From Acidobacteriota bacterium (GTDB lineage: Bacteria > Acidobacteriota > UBA890 > WLXD01), in the NCBI GenBank assembly GCA_963666055.2, contig CAXWPH010000015.1:992001-1056000 (forward strand): 64,000 nucleotides of DNA, given 5' to 3'. A program made the translations under genes and the position numbers. The notes under the pieces are model-generated. The model worked only from the letters and a program-made list of their open reading frames with translations, had not been told where the DNA came from and did no database searches. Numbering within the stretch: position 1 is the first letter of the stretch; the number at the start of each line of letters is the position of its first letter. Of this stretch, positions 29,485-39,190 are shown in pieces.

Positions 29485-29600
29485 TTCCGCGTACGCGGCA
29501 CCCGGACGTCGTCAACCAGGCCAGGATCTGAAGGCGTGCCCGGCGCGAAGCGTGTTTTGCGCCCGGCTGTCGACGCTCTTCTCGAGCGAGCGAGACCGAA

Positions 29601-30833
29601 ATGGCTCAAGCCGAAATCACCACCATGAAGGTGGACATCTTCGACAAGACGAACTCCAAGTACTACGCGCGCGCCAACGAGCTGCGCGAGATGGGGCTCT
29701 TCCCGTACTTCAAGGCGCTTCGGGCCCAGAATGGCAACGAAGTTACGGTCGATGGCAAGCAGATGATCATGGTCTGCTCCAACGACTACCTTGGCCTTAG
29801 CCAGGACGAGCGCGTGCAGAGCGCCGGCTTGCCGGCGCTGCGCGAGTTCGGAACGAGCTGCACGGGCTCACGCTTTCTCAACGGCACGCTGGGCATCCAC
29901 GAGTACCTAGAGCGCGACCTGGCGGAGTTCCTGAAAAAGGAGTCGGTGCTGACATTCAGCACCGGGTTCCTGGGCTCGCTCGGCGTTCTGGCCGCCGTCG
30001 TCGGCCGTCGCGACATCATGTACTTCGACCGCGAGAACCACGCCAGCCTGTATGACGGAGCGCGGCTCTCCTACGGTCAGCTGCGCAAGTACCGTCACGG
30101 CGACATGGATCATCTGGAGTCGCTGCTGAAGCGCGATGCCAATCGCGATGCCGGAAAGCTCATCGTCACGGACGGTGTGTTCTCGATGAGCGGCGAGATC
30201 GCCGATCTGCCTGGCGTCGTCGCGTCGGCTCGCCGCTACGGTGCTCGAGTTCTCGTCGACGATGCGCACTCGACCGGTGTCCTGGGTCCTAATGGTCGGG
30301 GCACGGCGAACCACTTCGGCCTCGAGGACGAGGTCGACCTGGTCATCGGCACTTTCTCGAAAGCGTTCGCTTCGGTGGGCGGCTTCGTCGGCGGCAACGC
30401 CCAGATCGTTGACTACATCAAGTGCCTGGCGCGGCCGTTCGTATTCACCGCAGCTTTGCCTCCGGCGCAAGTGGCGACCACCCACAAGGCACTGGAGATT
30501 CTGGCCAGCGAGCCGGAGCATCGCGAGCGGCTGTGGAAGCGCGTCATGATGTTCCGCAAGGGTCTGCGCGGGCTGGGGTTCAACACCCTGGGCTCCGAAG
30601 GTCCGATCGTGCCCGTGTCGATCGGCGATGTCGATCTGGCCATGGCCATGTGGAAGGACGTCTGGGACGCTGGGATCTTCGCCTTGCCGGCGTTGCCGCC
30701 TGCTGTTCCTGAGGGCGAGGCGCTCATCCGAATGGCGGTCAACGCTAGCCACAAGCGCGAGGAGATCGAGCGCGTGCTGAGCGCTTTCGCCGACGCCGGT
30801 CGCCGGCACGGCGTGATCAGTACGGCTGCCTAG
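29601..30833 (+). CDS. spt: Serine palmitoyltransferase (alpha-oxoamine synthase family)
   Basis: SNDYLGL, GSRFLNGT, NHAS, DGVFSM, DDAH, GTFSK; adjacent to a bCerS-like gene. Confidence 0.8.
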   Translation: MAQAEITTMKVDIFDKTNSKYYARANELREMGLFPYFKALRAQNGNEVTVDGKQMIMVCSNDYLGLSQDERVQSAGLPALREFGTSCTGSRFLNGTLGIHEYLERDLAEFLKKESVLTFSTGFLGSLGVLAAVVGRRDIMYFDRENHASLYDGARLSYGQLRKYRHGDMDHLESLLKRDANRDAGKLIVTDGVFSMSGEIADLPGVVASARRYGARVLVDDAHSTGVLGPNGRGTANHFGLEDEVDLVIGTFSKAFASVGGFVGGNAQIVDYIKCLARPFVFTAALPPAQVATTHKALEILASEPEHRERLWKRVMMFRKGLRGLGFNTLGSEGPIVPVSIGDVDLAMAMWKDVWDAGIFALPALPPAVPEGEALIRMAVNASHKREEIERVLSAFADAGRRHGVISTAA

Positions 30834-30893
30834 CAACTCGCCGTAACCAGGCCCGCCACACTTCCACCACGGCCTGATAGGCTCGACCTACGC

Positions 30894-32033
30894 ATGACCG
30901 AGGCCGTTTGCGTACCCGGGGTATCGATTCGTCGGGCGACGAGCAAGCGTGAGCTCGACGCCTTCATCAAGCTGCCGTTCCGGCTGTACGCCGACGACCC
31001 CAACTGGGTTGCGCCGCTGATCCTCGCCGAGCGGGCGCTGCTCGATACCGCCAAGAACCCGTTCTTCCAGCACGCCGAGATCGAGCTTTACCTGGCCAGG
31101 CGGGGCGGCAAGCTGGTGGGCCGGATCGCCGCCATCGACGACGACCGGCACAACGAGACGCATGGCGACAACCTGGGCTTCTTCGGCTTCTTCGAGGCCG
31201 AAGACGCCGAGGTGGCCGGCGCACTCCTAGAGGCTGCCGAGGAGTGGGCTCGAGTGCGCGGTCGCGATGCTCTGCGCGGTCCCGCCAACCCTTCGTTGAA
31301 CGATACGGCGGGCATGCTCGTCGGACCCTTCGATCTCGATCCGCTCATTCAGACGACCCACAACCCGGCGACCTATCCAGGTTGGGTGGAGGCGGCGGGC
31401 TACGAGAAAGCGAAGGATCTTTGGACCTGGTGGTTCGATATGGACACCAGCGTCAACCGGCGCGCCCAGCGGATCCTGCGGCGCATCGAGACGCGCCTCG
31501 ACCCCAAGCCGACGATCCGCCAGTTGAGCAAGCGGAATTTCGAGCAGGACGCGCTGACCATACTGCGGATCTTCTCCGACGCCTGGGCCAACAACTGGGG
31601 CTTCGTGGCGCCCACCGAGGAGGAGTTTCTGCATACCGCCAAGGACATGAAGATGATCCTCAACTTCGAGCTGGCGCTCATCATGGAGGTCGAGGGTGAG
31701 CCGATCGCGTTTTGCCTCACGGTTCCCGACATGAACCAGGTATTCAAGCGCATGCGCGGCCGCCTGTTCCCGTTCGGTTTCTTGCACCTGCTGCGCAAGG
31801 GCAGCATCATCGACCGATGCCGGCTCATGCTTCTGGGAGTGGTGGCCGAGCATCGTCAAAAGGGCCTCGAGCTCGCCCTGATCGCGCACTCGATCCGCGT
31901 CGTCGAGAGGCTTGGCTGGGTCGGCGGGGAGTGCGGGTGGACCCTGGAAGACAACGACGGCATCAACAAGGCGATCCGGCTGGTCGGCGGCCAGCATTCC
32001 AAGACCTACCGGATCTACGAAAAGCGATTGTAG
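30894..32033 (+). CDS. GNAT protein resembling bacterial ceramide synthase (bCerS/YghO-like)
   Basis: FIKLP..LYADDPNWVAP, GRIAA, GFFGFFE, HNP.TY, NWGFV, WTLEDN; 379 aa, directly after spt. Confidence 0.78.
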   Translation: MTEAVCVPGVSIRRATSKRELDAFIKLPFRLYADDPNWVAPLILAERALLDTAKNPFFQHAEIELYLARRGGKLVGRIAAIDDDRHNETHGDNLGFFGFFEAEDAEVAGALLEAAEEWARVRGRDALRGPANPSLNDTAGMLVGPFDLDPLIQTTHNPATYPGWVEAAGYEKAKDLWTWWFDMDTSVNRRAQRILRRIETRLDPKPTIRQLSKRNFEQDALTILRIFSDAWANNWGFVAPTEEEFLHTAKDMKMILNFELALIMEVEGEPIAFCLTVPDMNQVFKRMRGRLFPFGFLHLLRKGSIIDRCRLMLLGVVAEHRQKGLELALIAHSIRVVERLGWVGGECGWTLEDNDGINKAIRLVGGQHSKTYRIYEKRL

Positions 32034-32106
32034 TGTCGGCCGGTCACCTGCTTGCTGTTGCGTTTGATCCTGGGCGGCGCTCCTGCCGCACCCGTCGAGG
32101 AATCTG

Positions 32107-33090
32107 ATGCCTGCCAACGTCGCTGTCATAACCGGCGGCACTGGGTTCATCGGCTGGAACCTAGGTGAGAGCCTGCGCGATTCGGGTTGGGAAGTGCGCG
32201 CCGTGGTGCGCCCATCGAGCCCCAACGCCCTTCCGGATCGGGTGCAGCGAATCGATTGCGAGCTCGACGAGGTCGCCATGTCCGGCGCTTGTGAAGGCGC
32301 CGCGATTGTCTACCACCTCGCCGGGTTGACGCGCGCCATCGACTACGAGTCGTTCGCACGGGTCAACATCGAGGGCGCCCGCCAGGCGGCGCTAGCAGCG
32401 CGGCGCGCCGAGGCTTTCTTCGTGCTCGTGTCCAGTCAGGCCGGCGCCGGCGCAGGCACCCCCGAGCACCCGCGCACTGAGAAACACCAGCCCGCGCCGC
32501 TGAGCTCGTACGGAAAGAGCAAGCTCGCCGGCGAGCGTGCGGTACAGAAGATCGAGGGCTTGCGATACGCGATCATCCGACCGCCGGGCGTTTATGGCCC
32601 TCGCGACCGTGACTTCCTCGCTCTGTTCCGCGGCGGCAAGCGCGGCCTGTGTCCAGTGCTCGGCGATGCGGAGAGCGCCTACACGCTGATCCACGTGGCC
32701 GACCTCGTCGCGGGTCTGCGGGCGGTAGGCGAGACCGGGGCCGCCGAGATCGACGCCGTCATGGGCGAGACTTTCTTCGTCGGCCACGCGGAGCCGGTGC
32801 GGCAAGTCGACTTCGCCAGGTTGCTCTCGGAGGCCTACGACCGTCGTGTGCGGGTGGTTCCGGTGCCACGGTGGCTGTTGTACGTCATCGCCGAGGCCGG
32901 TGAGCTCAGTGGCCGACTCACCGGACGGCCGGCGCTGCTGAACCGCGATCGCCTGCGCGAGCTCGGTGCTCCCGGGCTCGTCTGCGAGGTGGCGAAGATC
33001 GAGCGCGCCGTGGGTCACGTGGCGCGAATCGACGCGGCCCAAGGGTTCGAGGACACAGCGGACTGGTATCGGCAGCACGGCTGGCTTTGA
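32107..33090 (+). CDS. Extended SDR (NAD-dependent epimerase family); candidate ceramide/3-ketosphinganine reductase
   Basis: ITGGTGFIG, HLAG, YGKSK (YxxxK), RPPGVYGPRD. Specific role inferred from context only. Confidence 0.75.
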   Translation: MPANVAVITGGTGFIGWNLGESLRDSGWEVRAVVRPSSPNALPDRVQRIDCELDEVAMSGACEGAAIVYHLAGLTRAIDYESFARVNIEGARQAALAARRAEAFFVLVSSQAGAGAGTPEHPRTEKHQPAPLSSYGKSKLAGERAVQKIEGLRYAIIRPPGVYGPRDRDFLALFRGGKRGLCPVLGDAESAYTLIHVADLVAGLRAVGETGAAEIDAVMGETFFVGHAEPVRQVDFARLLSEAYDRRVRVVPVPRWLLYVIAEAGELSGRLTGRPALLNRDRLRELGAPGLVCEVAKIERAVGHVARIDAAQGFEDTADWYRQHGWL

Positions 33091-33167
33091 CAGCGGGTGC
33101 CACCGGCGAACAGGCGGCCCCATGTCAAGCGTTGTGGCTCGGATCGTGGGACCATCCTAGAAGAAGG

Positions 33168-33638
33168 TCAGTCCGCCGTGTCGAGGTCGAGCGATGCGGT
33201 GATCTCGATCTGCGGGTGCAGGCTTCGATAGACCGGGCAGCCGCCTGGATGCACTTCCATGACCCGGTCGATCACGGTGCGATCGGCGTCGGTGGTGCGG
33301 AGGTGATACGTCACGTGAATACGACGGATCACCAACGTACCGCCGTCTGACTCGATCTCGCCGACGGTGCTTGATCGCAGCCGACCGTCGCTTGCCGCTA
33401 TGCCTCGCTTCTCCAGCGCACCGCCGAAGGTACCGGTCATTCAGCCAGCAGCAGCGGCGACCACGTAGTCGAGCGTCGTGCTGACCGGAGAGAGGTTCTC
33501 CATCGAGACCCCATAGTGCTCGGCGATGGCGCCGTGCACGCCGAATTCCACCGATTCGCCGACCGGCATGGTTGCCGTACGCAGTGGGCCGCTGTTTCGC
33601 GTCAAGGCGATCTCCGATCGGTAGACGACATCTCCCAT
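33168..33638 (-). CDS. OsmC/Ohr-family selenoprotein candidate (in-frame TGA at 33443-33441)
   Basis: Two in-frame track ORFs separated only by TGA: TLDYVVAAAAG-U-MTGTFGGAL...HPGGCPVYRSL. The TGA is at the first catalytic Cys. Start 33638 follows a GGAG RBS. Confidence 0.87.
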
Positions 33639-33785
33639 GTCCATTCTCCAGCTTTGGGCTCTTCCGAGCGCCCGGTTTGGCGCTCGATGTTACGACGCCA
33701 GCGACTCGTCTGGAGCAGGGATTCGAGGACCCGTCGCAGGTGGAGACGAAAATTCGAAACTTCACCGTCGTCACCGCCGTCGTTA

Positions 33786-33815
33786 CTACAGAAACCGACA
33801 TAACAGTTTCTGTAG
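33786..33815. promoter_or_regulatory. Putative PadR operator
   Basis: Perfect inverted repeat CTACAGAAAC-N10-GTTTCTGTAG overlapping the AGGAG RBS of the PadR gene. Confidence 0.65.
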
Positions 33816-33826
33816 GAGTGGCGCAG

Positions 33827-34165
33827 ATGAGCCCCACCGGCCCCGAAACACCGATCCGCATCACGCCCGCCTTTTTCTTCCTGCTGCTGACCCTCGTCGA
33901 CAGCGAGTGTCATGGCTACGCGATGGCGAAGGAAGTAGCCGAGCGCTCCGGTGGCAGCATCGATCTCGGACCCGGGTCGCTTTACTGGTCGCTGGGACGC
34001 CTCGCCGACGCCGGCTTGATCGAGGAGTCCGGCGGCCCCGCCGAGAGCGCTCGCAGCCGGCGCCGCTACTACCGGCTGACCGGTCTCGGCCGTACCACGC
34101 TGCGCCGCGAGACCGAGACGCTGTCCAAAGTGCTGAGCTTCGCTCGCGCCAAGCGAGTCCTCTGA
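33827..34165 (+). CDS. PadR-family transcriptional regulator
   Basis: HGYAM, GPGSLY..L.RL...GLI, RRRYYRLT.LG; start after AGGAG. Confidence 0.92.
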   Translation: MSPTGPETPIRITPAFFFLLLTLVDSECHGYAMAKEVAERSGGSIDLGPGSLYWSLGRLADAGLIEESGGPAESARSRRRYYRLTGLGRTTLRRETETLSKVLSFARAKRVL

Positions 34166-34181
34166 GGGACGCTACGAGCCG

Positions 34182-36881
34182 ATGCAGTCACCGCTTCTCT
34201 TCCGCATCCTCCTGGCGCTGTATCCACGCCGCTTCCGGCGTCGCTACGGCGACGACGTGCTGGCCGCCATGCAGTCACGGCGTGACGAGCTGTACCGTGC
34301 CGGCCGACATCCCGGCCGACTGGCGAGCGTGTTGTTTCGTGACCTGGCCTTTGCACTACCCCGCGCCTGGCTGACGTATGGACCACGTCGCCGGTCGCGG
34401 GTTTTTTCCCCGTCCGAGGAAATACCCACCATGAGCAACCTGCTCGCCGACCTGCGTACCGTCTTCCGCCGCCTGTTTCACAAGCCGGGGCTCGCCGTGA
34501 TTGCGGTCCTTGCCATGGGATTGGGAATCGGCCTGACCACCGCGATGTTCAGCATCATCAACGGCGTCATGCTCAAGGGGTTGCCGTTCGACGAGCCGCA
34601 CGAGGTCGTGGCGCTCAACCGCGTGAACCTGTCTGAGGGTCCGGGTCGCCTGATCGGACGTATCCACGACTATCGCGACCTGGTCGAGAGACAGACGACC
34701 TTCGAGTACCTCGCCGGCATGGAGATCGTGCCTGCCAACGTCAGTCCCCCGGGGCAAGACCCGGAGTATCTCAACGCCGCCTCGGTGACCGCCAACATGT
34801 TCACGTTGCTGGGAACAACCCCGGCGCGCGGGCGCACCTTCTCGGTCGACGACGAGGTGCCCGGGGGTCCGTCGGTAGCGGTTGTCGGGTACCGATTCTG
34901 GCAGGACCGGCTGAGCGGGGCGTCCGACGTGGTGGGCAGTACGTTCCGGGTGAACGGCGCCCAGACCACGGTGATCGGGGTGATGCCCGAGGGATTCGAG
35001 TTCCCGTTCAACCAGCAACTCTGGCTGCCGCTGCAGGTCGACATCGACGCCTTCGGGCGCACCGATGGTCCGAACCTCTTGATGGTGGGGCGCTTGGCGG
35101 ACGGGGTGACGATGGCCCAGGCGCAGGGCGATCTCGAGCGCATCATGCGTGGTCTCGGTGAGGAGTACCCGGAGACCAACGAGGGAATGACGATGCTCAT
35201 GGGCCTGTACGTGCGCGAGATCATCGGCTACCAGATGCCGCAATTCCTCTTCACCATGCTCGGCGCGGTGTCGCTGGTGCTGGTCATCGCCTGCGCCAAC
35301 GTCGCCAACCTGTTGCTGGCGCGCGCCAGCTTGCGCAGCAAGGAGGTCGCCATATGCAGTGCGCTCGGCGCGAGCCGGGCACGCGTGTTCGGTCAGTTGC
35401 TGATGGAAGCGGGCATGATTGCCAGCCTCGGGGCGCTAGTAGGTATCGGGCTCGGCAAGCTGGGGATAGACCTGTTCAACCGTGCGTTGACGGCGCTACC
35501 TGGGAGCCTGCCATTCTGGTTCGACATCAGCATCGATCCTGATGTGCTGCTGTTCGTCGTCGGTTTGACGCTAGCCGCCAGCCTACTGTCGGGGCTGTTG
35601 CCGGCCGTGCAGGCGTCGGGCGCCGAGCTGAGCAATGTGCTCAAAGACGTCGCGCGCGGTGGCTCGAGTCTTCGCATCGGCAGGCTCAGCCGAGCGCTTG
35701 TCGTGGTCGAGGTGGCGTTCTGCTGCGCCTTGCTGGTGGCAGCCGGGCTGATGGTGCGCAGTGTCACCAACATGTCGAGCATCGACTACCCGTTCCAGGT
35801 CGATGGTTTGCTTACAGCGCAGGTGGCGCTGCCGCCGTCCGACTACCCCGACGCGATGACGCAGCGGCTGTTCTTCGAGGAGCTGGGTGGTCGCTTACAC
35901 GCCATTCCAGGTGCCGAGGCCGCATCGATCGCCACCGACCTTCCGGTCGTCGGCTTCGACAACGGGCGCTATGCGATCGAAGGGCAGACGTATCAGGCCG
36001 ATCGTGACTATCCGAGTGCCCGGATCGGCTCCGTCGACCCCGACTACTTCGCGAGCCTCGAAGCGCCCGTCCTGGAGGGTCGTGCGTTCACCATTGCCGA
36101 CAACGCCGACGGGATGCCAGTGGCAATCGTGAACCAGGCCTTCGTCGCGACCCACTTTGCAAACGAGTCGGCCATCGGGCAGCGCGTGTCGATACGAGGG
36201 GTACTCACCACGGGCCAGACCGAGCGCGACGATGACATCTGGTACACGATCGTCGGGGTGGTGCCCGATCTGTATCTCGACGCCCAGCTTTTCATTCTCG
36301 GCGTGGAGGCGATCTATACGCCGTTTGCCCAACGGCCAGCCTCCGCAGCAAGCGTGATGGTGCGTAGCACCGGTGATCCGCTGGAGCTGACCGATGCCGT
36401 GCGTAAGGCGGTGACCGCCATCGACCCCGATCTGCCGATCTCGGGGGTGTCGACGCTCCGGGCGTCGATCGACAACACCCAGCAATTTCTGCGCATCTTC
36501 GGCGTCATGTTCACCATCTTCGGTGCGGCGGCATTGTTCCTCGCCACCGTCGGCCTGTACGGCGTGCTGGCGTTCTCGGTGAGTCAGCGAACCCACGAGG
36601 TCGGGCTTCGCGTTGCCCTCGGGGCCGCCCCCAGCGATGTGGTGGGTCTGGTAATGCGGCAGGGAATGCGCCAACTGGTGGTGGGAATGCTGCTCGGGCT
36701 CCTGCTGGCGGCCGGATTGGGGCGCTTGCTGTCGTTCGTGCTGTACGACGTGCAGCCGCTGGACCCGGTCGTATTCGGTGGCATCGTGGTAATCCTGACG
36801 GTGACCGGGCTGGTGGCGAGCTATCTCCCGGCGCGGCGGGCGACGTGGGTTGACCCGCTAGTGGCGATGCGCTCGGAATAG
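34182..36881 (+). CDS. ADOP-type duplicated ABC permease (MacB/FtsX x2)
   Basis: LYPRRFRRRYG prefix, GLGIGLTTAMFS, LVIACANVANLLLAR, GLYGVLAFSVSQRTHEVGLRVALGA, PARRATWVDP. Confidence 0.93.
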   Translation: MQSPLLFRILLALYPRRFRRRYGDDVLAAMQSRRDELYRAGRHPGRLASVLFRDLAFALPRAWLTYGPRRRSRVFSPSEEIPTMSNLLADLRTVFRRLFHKPGLAVIAVLAMGLGIGLTTAMFSIINGVMLKGLPFDEPHEVVALNRVNLSEGPGRLIGRIHDYRDLVERQTTFEYLAGMEIVPANVSPPGQDPEYLNAASVTANMFTLLGTTPARGRTFSVDDEVPGGPSVAVVGYRFWQDRLSGASDVVGSTFRVNGAQTTVIGVMPEGFEFPFNQQLWLPLQVDIDAFGRTDGPNLLMVGRLADGVTMAQAQGDLERIMRGLGEEYPETNEGMTMLMGLYVREIIGYQMPQFLFTMLGAVSLVLVIACANVANLLLARASLRSKEVAICSALGASRARVFGQLLMEAGMIASLGALVGIGLGKLGIDLFNRALTALPGSLPFWFDISIDPDVLLFVVGLTLAASLLSGLLPAVQASGAELSNVLKDVARGGSSLRIGRLSRALVVVEVAFCCALLVAAGLMVRSVTNMSSIDYPFQVDGLLTAQVALPPSDYPDAMTQRLFFEELGGRLHAIPGAEAASIATDLPVVGFDNGRYAIEGQTYQADRDYPSARIGSVDPDYFASLEAPVLEGRAFTIADNADGMPVAIVNQAFVATHFANESAIGQRVSIRGVLTTGQTERDDDIWYTIVGVVPDLYLDAQLFILGVEAIYTPFAQRPASAASVMVRSTGDPLELTDAVRKAVTAIDPDLPISGVSTLRASIDNTQQFLRIFGVMFTIFGAAALFLATVGLYGVLAFSVSQRTHEVGLRVALGAAPSDVVGLVMRQGMRQLVVGMLLGLLLAAGLGRLLSFVLYDVQPLDPVVFGGIVVILTVTGLVASYLPARRATWVDPLVAMRSE

Positions 36882-36951
36882 GGCCTGGAGGTGGGTGAGC
36901 GCATATGAGCGTGCGTAGACGCTCATGAGTGCGCACTCCGGGTGCACTCGG
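36873..36951 (+). repeat. Palindromic repeat after ADOP stop (second copy 60805-60874)
   Basis: GGAGGTGGGTGAGCG...ATGAGCGT-N6-ACGCTCAT-GAGTGCGCACTCCGGGTGCACTCGG. Confidence 0.8.
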
Positions 36952-37037
36952 TTCCCTCCACTGGATGTCGAACGCGCTGACGACACTGACACCGACGAGT
37001 CACAGTCACGGAAGGCGCCACCGGCTGGCGAACCGGT

Positions 37038-37090
37038 GTCATCCTCAACTGGTTTGACGAGTTGAGGAGGAGCGGGTGCCTAGCGGGTGA
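37038..37090 (+). repeat. Degenerate kinase-PD40 3'-tail copy (VILNWFDELRR)
   Basis: GTCATCCTCAACTGGTTTGACGAGTTGAGG...TAGCGGGTGA; matches the copy ending at 50740. Confidence 0.75.
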
Positions 37091-37103
37091 CTTGGTTGGA
37101 GAC

Positions 37104-37467
37104 TCAGCGGGGCTTGCGGAACTTTGAGCAGGAAGCGATCCATCTCGTGGCGGGCGCCCCAGCCCCCTGTGCGATGGTCGTCGTCCGGATTGCGAAGGAT
37201 GTCGGAGCTGTCGGCGTGCTCGAAGCCGCCCGCGACGAACTCCGCGACAGCGACGCGCCAGTTGAGGCGATGCAGGTCCTCGTCGTCGTGGAACAGGTGA
37301 TTGTCCAGCTCGACGATTCCGAAGACGCCCCGGACGACCACTTTGCCCGGCCGCTTGAGCAACGACTCCAGCACCGCCAGCACACGCGGGGGCAGGAGAA
37401 TCTCCTCGCCGTCGCGGTAGAGGATCCGCGACTCGGAATCGTAGCGGCAGTCGCCGAACTCGATCAT
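37104..37467 (-). pseudogene. Chimeric remnant: CadC/OmpR-type wHTH N-terminus joined to C-terminus of a predicted SAM methyltransferase (COG4798-like)
   Basis: MIEFGDCRYD...LPPRVLAVLESLLKRPGKVV, then LHRLN...AEFVAGGFE...SDILRNPDDDH...DRFLLK/FRKPR with a frameshift near the end. Confidence 0.6.
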
Positions 37468-37748
37468 TGGCAGTCCTCGTGCCGGTCGGAAAGGTGCTGG
37501 GTTGTTGAGGACCTCTTGGAGTCTGGGTGGCGCCTCGATGTGAAAGGTTGCGACGCCGGAACACTATTTGGGGCGTCGCCCGCCGACAAGGGTTATCCGG
37601 CGTAATTCTTTGTCTATCAACGATTTCGGGACATTGGGAACTTCCTTCGGTATTGCTCTGAACTCGCTCACGAGATTGAGAAGCCTGCGCCGCACCTTGG
37701 CCTCGCTGATTCGGCATGTCGCCGGATCCAAGGACAAGCGAGGCAACA

Positions 37749-38402
37749 GTGGGCGCACGATACGCGGTACTGGTCGCAATGATCCTGAGCGTTGCGGCGG
37801 TCGCCGACGCCGCCGAAAGCTCCCCGAGCGATGGCTCCTTCTTACAGGCTGATCCCGTGCCTGGTATGCCGTTGGCCTACCGGGACCAAGGCCAGCTGAG
37901 CGACCGCGTCCGAGACGCCATGCGGGCCGAAGTCGCGAGGATCCTGACGGATGCCGGCATCTCCGTAGACGAGTTCACTCGCGAGGAGTTAGATGAAGGC
38001 CGGCAGCCGGTCGACGGCGTGTTGGTCAGCATCCTCGTGTGGGACAAGCACCCGACCTACTGGAAGCTGCAGGAAAACACGTTGGGCGTAACGATCCTCG
38101 GCGAGACCGTACCCAGCGTCGTCTACGTCTTCTACCCGGTAGTGTTGAGAGAGCTGGGCATCGGGACGAAGAAGTCGGCCAGCTACACCGACGAAGAGAT
38201 CGGTCGTGCCCTGGCCCGATTAGCGGTACACGAGATCGTCCACGCCTTCTGCCCCGACCACAAGCACACCCGCTGGGGCATCATGGGCCACATACAGGGT
38301 GCCAGGTCGCTGACCGACGCGGGCGCGACGCTAGGCGGGTCCGCCGCGACAGCTCTGGTCGAAGCATGGGGAACGGCTCGCGACGCCATCGCCCAACCTT
38401 GA
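37749..38402 (+). CDS. Secreted hypothetical protein with zincin-like HExxH motif
   Basis: Signal peptide from GTG 37749; VHEIVHAFCPDHKH...GIM. Confidence 0.7.
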   Translation: MGARYAVLVAMILSVAAVADAAESSPSDGSFLQADPVPGMPLAYRDQGQLSDRVRDAMRAEVARILTDAGISVDEFTREELDEGRQPVDGVLVSILVWDKHPTYWKLQENTLGVTILGETVPSVVYVFYPVVLRELGIGTKKSASYTDEEIGRALARLAVHEIVHAFCPDHKHTRWGIMGHIQGARSLTDAGATLGGSAATALVEAWGTARDAIAQP

Positions 38403-38484
38403 AACAGCGCCACCACTGACCCAGGTTCCGGTGATCATCAACTGGTTCGAGGAACTGAAGCGGCTCGTGCCGACGGACCCGTAG
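38401..38484 (+). repeat. Kinase-PD40 3'-tail copy (ETAPPLTQVPVIINWFEELKRLVPTDP*)
   Basis: Near-identical to 50657-50740; no upstream gene body. Confidence 0.9.
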
Positions 38485-38653
38485 CCTCATCAGCTCACAC
38501 TGGCGAACCGCGCCACATACTCCGCGTGGTGTTCGAAATCGTGTCCGTTGGGGCTACCTTTTCTTACCCGCCTGAGCACGCGTCCCTCCTTCTGGTCCGG
38601 CGGTCACCATGCTCGCGTGGCCCTGCGAACCGGGACGCCGGCGGCCGCTGCGA

Positions 38654-39190
38654 CTACGAGGACGAGCGCCCCGACCCCTGCGAGAGCGAGTGCAATAGGG
38701 CGACGACCACCTGGTCCTTCGCAGCCTGGTACGCATCGCGGTCGTGCGCGAACCGTCGGGCGAGCGCTCCTTTCGCCGCCGCGTACTCCTGCGCCAGCTC
38801 GCGGTGACTGCGCAGCGCATCTCGGAAGGCGAGCGTCGCCGTCCACTGCGGCCCGTCCTTCTCGACCATGTGGAGGTGGTGCGTGCGCGGCTCGCCCTTC
38901 ACGAAGTAGTGGCGCCGCGCGATCCCGGCCTCGCCGCGATACTCGTAGCGGAGCTCCTCGAGGGGCGCGACGCACCCGGCGGCATCCTCGTAGCTGGCGA
39001 CCCCGACGAGGAGGTCGAGAATGGGCTTGGCGGGCACGCCCTTGATCGCCGTACTCCCGATGTGGCGGACATCGAGGATGTACGGACCGATCGCCGACTC
39101 GATGCGCTGTGCCTCGCGTTCGAACGCGCGCGCCCACTCGTCGTGCGCGCGGTGCAACGAAACTGTTCCCGAAGGCAGTCCCAGGATCAA
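38654..39190 (-). CDS. GrpB family nucleotidyltransferase-like protein
   Basis: HIGSTAIKGVPAKPILD, RTHHLH, FRDALR, YAAAK, YQAAK. Likely TTG start at 39190. Confidence 0.9.
   Translation of the reverse strand: MILGLPSGTVSLHRAHDEWARAFEREAQRIESAIGPYILDVRHIGSTAIKGVPAKPILDLLVGVASYEDAAGCVAPLEELRYEYRGEAGIARRHYFVKGEPRTHHLHMVEKDGPQWTATLAFRDALRSHRELAQEYAAAKGALARRFAHDRDAYQAAKDQVVVALLHSLSQGSGRSSS

Noticed and set aside
29601-30833. BioF or KBL assignment for the alpha-oxoamine synthase
   Set aside because: GSRFLNGT and GTFSK motifs plus the bCerS-like neighbour favour SPT, and no bio or tdh genes are nearby. Not formally excluded without phylogeny.
33572-33826. Extended N-terminus of the PadR ORF
   Set aside because: Overlaps the divergent OsmC-like gene and the operator; the RBS supports ATG 33827.
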